DNA of 63,439 nt, filler included, from Octopus bimaculoides (Eukaryota): the NCBI RefSeq assembly GCF_001194135.2. It is 5 parts of 5 records of this genome, joined end to end, with 100 filler letters (N's around TTAATTAATTAA, not from the genome) between each part and the next. Parts side by side here need not be neighbours in the genome. Positions count along the whole stretch, not along the records: positions 61,425 to 63,439 come from NC_068996.1; 4 more parts are not named here. The stretch is one strand, 5' to 3'. Positions 61,325 to 63,439 of this stretch are shown one piece after another; positions within the stretch are counted from its first letter, which is position 1; each line of letters begins with the position of its first letter. A model generated the notes under the pieces. It had not been told where the DNA came from, ran no database searches, and saw only the letters and a list, made by a program, of their open reading frames with translations. A program made the translations under genes and the position numbers.

Positions 61325-61424
61325 NNNNNNNNNNNNNNNNNNNNNNNNNNNNNNNNNNNNNNNNNNNNTTAATTAATTAANNNNNNNNNNNNNNNNNNNN
61401 NNNNNNNNNNNNNNNNNNNNNNNN
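61325..61424. other. Assembly linker 44 N + TTAATTAATTAA + 44 N
   Basis: Same construct as 4233-4332. Confidence 0.95.
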
Positions 61425-63439
61425 AGATGTGATGGTTACTACAGAGACCAAGCTGGACAAGCTGCAGGCCTTCTCGGCACTCCTGAACGACTACGAGGAA
61501 ATAATTTCTCCTAGCCGGAAGGGAGGGAGCAGAAGGGTGGCTGTCTTGATCCGTAGAAGCTTGGTCATGCATATACATACAATCTTCGTGGACCGAGAAG
61601 GCGAGTTGGTCGTTCTGGATCTAACATACAGTGGCAAGGCCTTCAGGCTGGTGGTCATCTACGCGCCTAGTAATGCAGGCAAACGGGTTGACTTCTTTCA
61701 CCGCCTGGAGAATCTCCTGGTGACATCGAAGACAGTAGTTGTACTAGATGATTCAACGCTATACTGGATGCACGCCTGGATAGCGTGGGCTCAAAAGATA
61801 TGAAAGGAAACTCATGCCTCATCGATTTGCTGAAGCGTTTCAGGCTAGCAGATTTATACAGACTTGACCACCCGAACGTCCCAGTGTGGACCTGGACAAG
61901 AAACGACAGAATGGTCAGGTCTTACATAGACAGGATAATGGTAAGCACTAGAGATAGACATAGCTTTAGTTGTCCACAGTTTACCTACGTATCCTACACA
62001 GATCACAGGTTAGTGACGTGTAGGATGATTATAGATAAGATACATAGACAGGGATCTGGCTACTGGAAGCTGAACAAGACTTTATTGGATTGCGAGGCTT
62101 ACCGTAACCAGATTAAGGAGTTAGTGAAGAGGGCCCTTACCAACGCTGTTATCAACAACCGGTAGTGGAGTGCCCTCAAAAGAGCCCTTCGAATTGAGTC
62201 AATTAGATTTAGCAAACAGTTAAGTCTAGAACTGACTAGAATACAAAGAGACTTAGTTAAGGCATTAGACAAGGCACTGAGATCGGGCTCTGCGACACAA
62301 GTGATGGCGGCGAGATCGGCACTGGACCGACACCTCAATGCCAAACACGAAGGATGCAGAGTCCGGGCTAGGACACGTGCAATGGGCCGTGACGGTATCA
62401 ATATTGTTAGATGGGCTCACTCGGAAGAAAACCGTCGTGGCATCGATACCACGATCGGGTCTTTGACAGTCCAGATAGGAGATCCAAGGACAAGAGAAGA
62501 TGTGTAAGGCCTTTCACAAGCACTTTACCACGTTGTTCGGGAGGGACCATGGGGATGCCTTACGGCGTTTTCTGGACAGCGGCCCGCGTCTTTCGACTCG
62601 TGACGCTGAGTGCTGCGAAGGACCAATCACAGCCAAGGAGATCAGAGAGATATTGTCCGAGAGCCCCGGGGACAAGTCGCCGGGTCTAGATGGTCTTCCC
62701 TACGAATTATACAGTAGCATGTCAGACTTGTTCGGGGACATACTGGCAGCAGAATGGGAGGATTCCCAAAGCTGTGAGCCGAGGAGTGGTGACACTGATC
62801 AGGAAAGACTCGAGCAAAGGGGATAATGTTAATAACTTTCGGCCCATAACTCTTCTAAACACAGAGTTAAAGATTTGGGCCAAGGTGCTCGCAAAGAGAG
62901 TTAGGGTTGTCGTGGGCGACATGGTGGGGGAAGCACAGACATGTGCCATCCCAGGAAGGACGATACAGGACAACCTTCACCTCATTCGCTACATCATAGA
63001 GCGGGAGGGTAAAATGCATGGCAACGGTGGGGCATTGGTGAATTTAGACCAGTCTAAGACGTTCGATAGGGTTGACCACGGATACCTGGTGGCGGTCCTT
63101 CTGGCGGCCGGATTTGGCCCGACCTTCCGAGGCTGGATTAAAGCCATGTACAGCAATATCAAATCAATAGTCCAGGTGAATAGGTTCTTTTCGAACCCCT
63201 TCGCGATCGAGCGTTCGGTTCGTCAGAGCTGCCCCCTGTCCCCGATTCTGTATGTATTGGCGCTCGAGCCATTGCTGCGGAAACTGAGGGATGTGGGGGT
63301 GGACCCGCATGATCCTTGTTGCGAAAGGAACGTGACAGCATACGCGGATGACGTCACCATCATCGTGTCAGATGAAGGGTGTCTACCTCGCATAGAAGTT
63401 GCCATCAAAGGATACGCGACGGTAGCAGGGGCGAAAATT
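61425..63439 (+). mobile_element. Tx1/L1-like ORF2 (APE + RT), decayed, runs off the window end
   Basis: APE: FVDREGELVVLD...FRLVVIYAP, VWTW...RSYIDRI, SYTDHRLV, GSGYWKLN. RT: KSPGLDGLPYELY, NFRPITLLNTELKI, QTCAIPGRTIQDNL, NLDQSKTFDRVDH, RQSCPLSPILY, AYADDVTII. Confidence 0.92.

Noticed and set aside
58440-63439. ORF1 copy 2 and the ORF2 at 61425 as one split full-length Tx1
   Set aside because: Copy 2 has its own 3' tail and is separated by about 1.3 kb of unrelated DNA plus a gap of unknown size. The 7-8 kb element shows ORF1 and ORF2 normally about 20 bp apart.

Overview
Eukaryotic, AT-rich draft-assembly window with many gaps and microsatellites. The tRNA-SINE families, microsatellite load and TE mix resemble a cephalopod (Octopus-like) scaffold; this is inference and no database was consulted. 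I can support no host-gene exon. Most ORF-track entries are microsatellite or N-gap artefacts. The window is a mosaic of decayed mobile elements: a Penelope-like element (RT + GIY-YIG) with an inverted 5' end, several Tx1/L1-like pieces, a cluster of R4/Dong-like non-LTR elements in (AAT)n tracts, RTE fragments, a piggyBac-like and a mariner-like transposase, a MITE, a possible mini-Helitron and at least four SINE-like families. Two things stand out. (1) Several type-I hammerhead ribozyme (HHR) motifs sit in mutually unrelated, structured non-coding sequences. Those at 49281-49350 and 9351-9408 have the minimal core with a palindromic stem III. Further candidates lie at 37452-37512, 56379-56494, 4089-4130 and 34510-34554. 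This suggests several retrozyme-like or PLE-pLTR-like ribozyme element families. (2) Two tandem, mutually diverged ORF1-only Tx1-related modules at 57-60 kb keep a full ORF1 and end in a Tx1-type 3' tail without ORF2 (HAL1-like half-LINEs).
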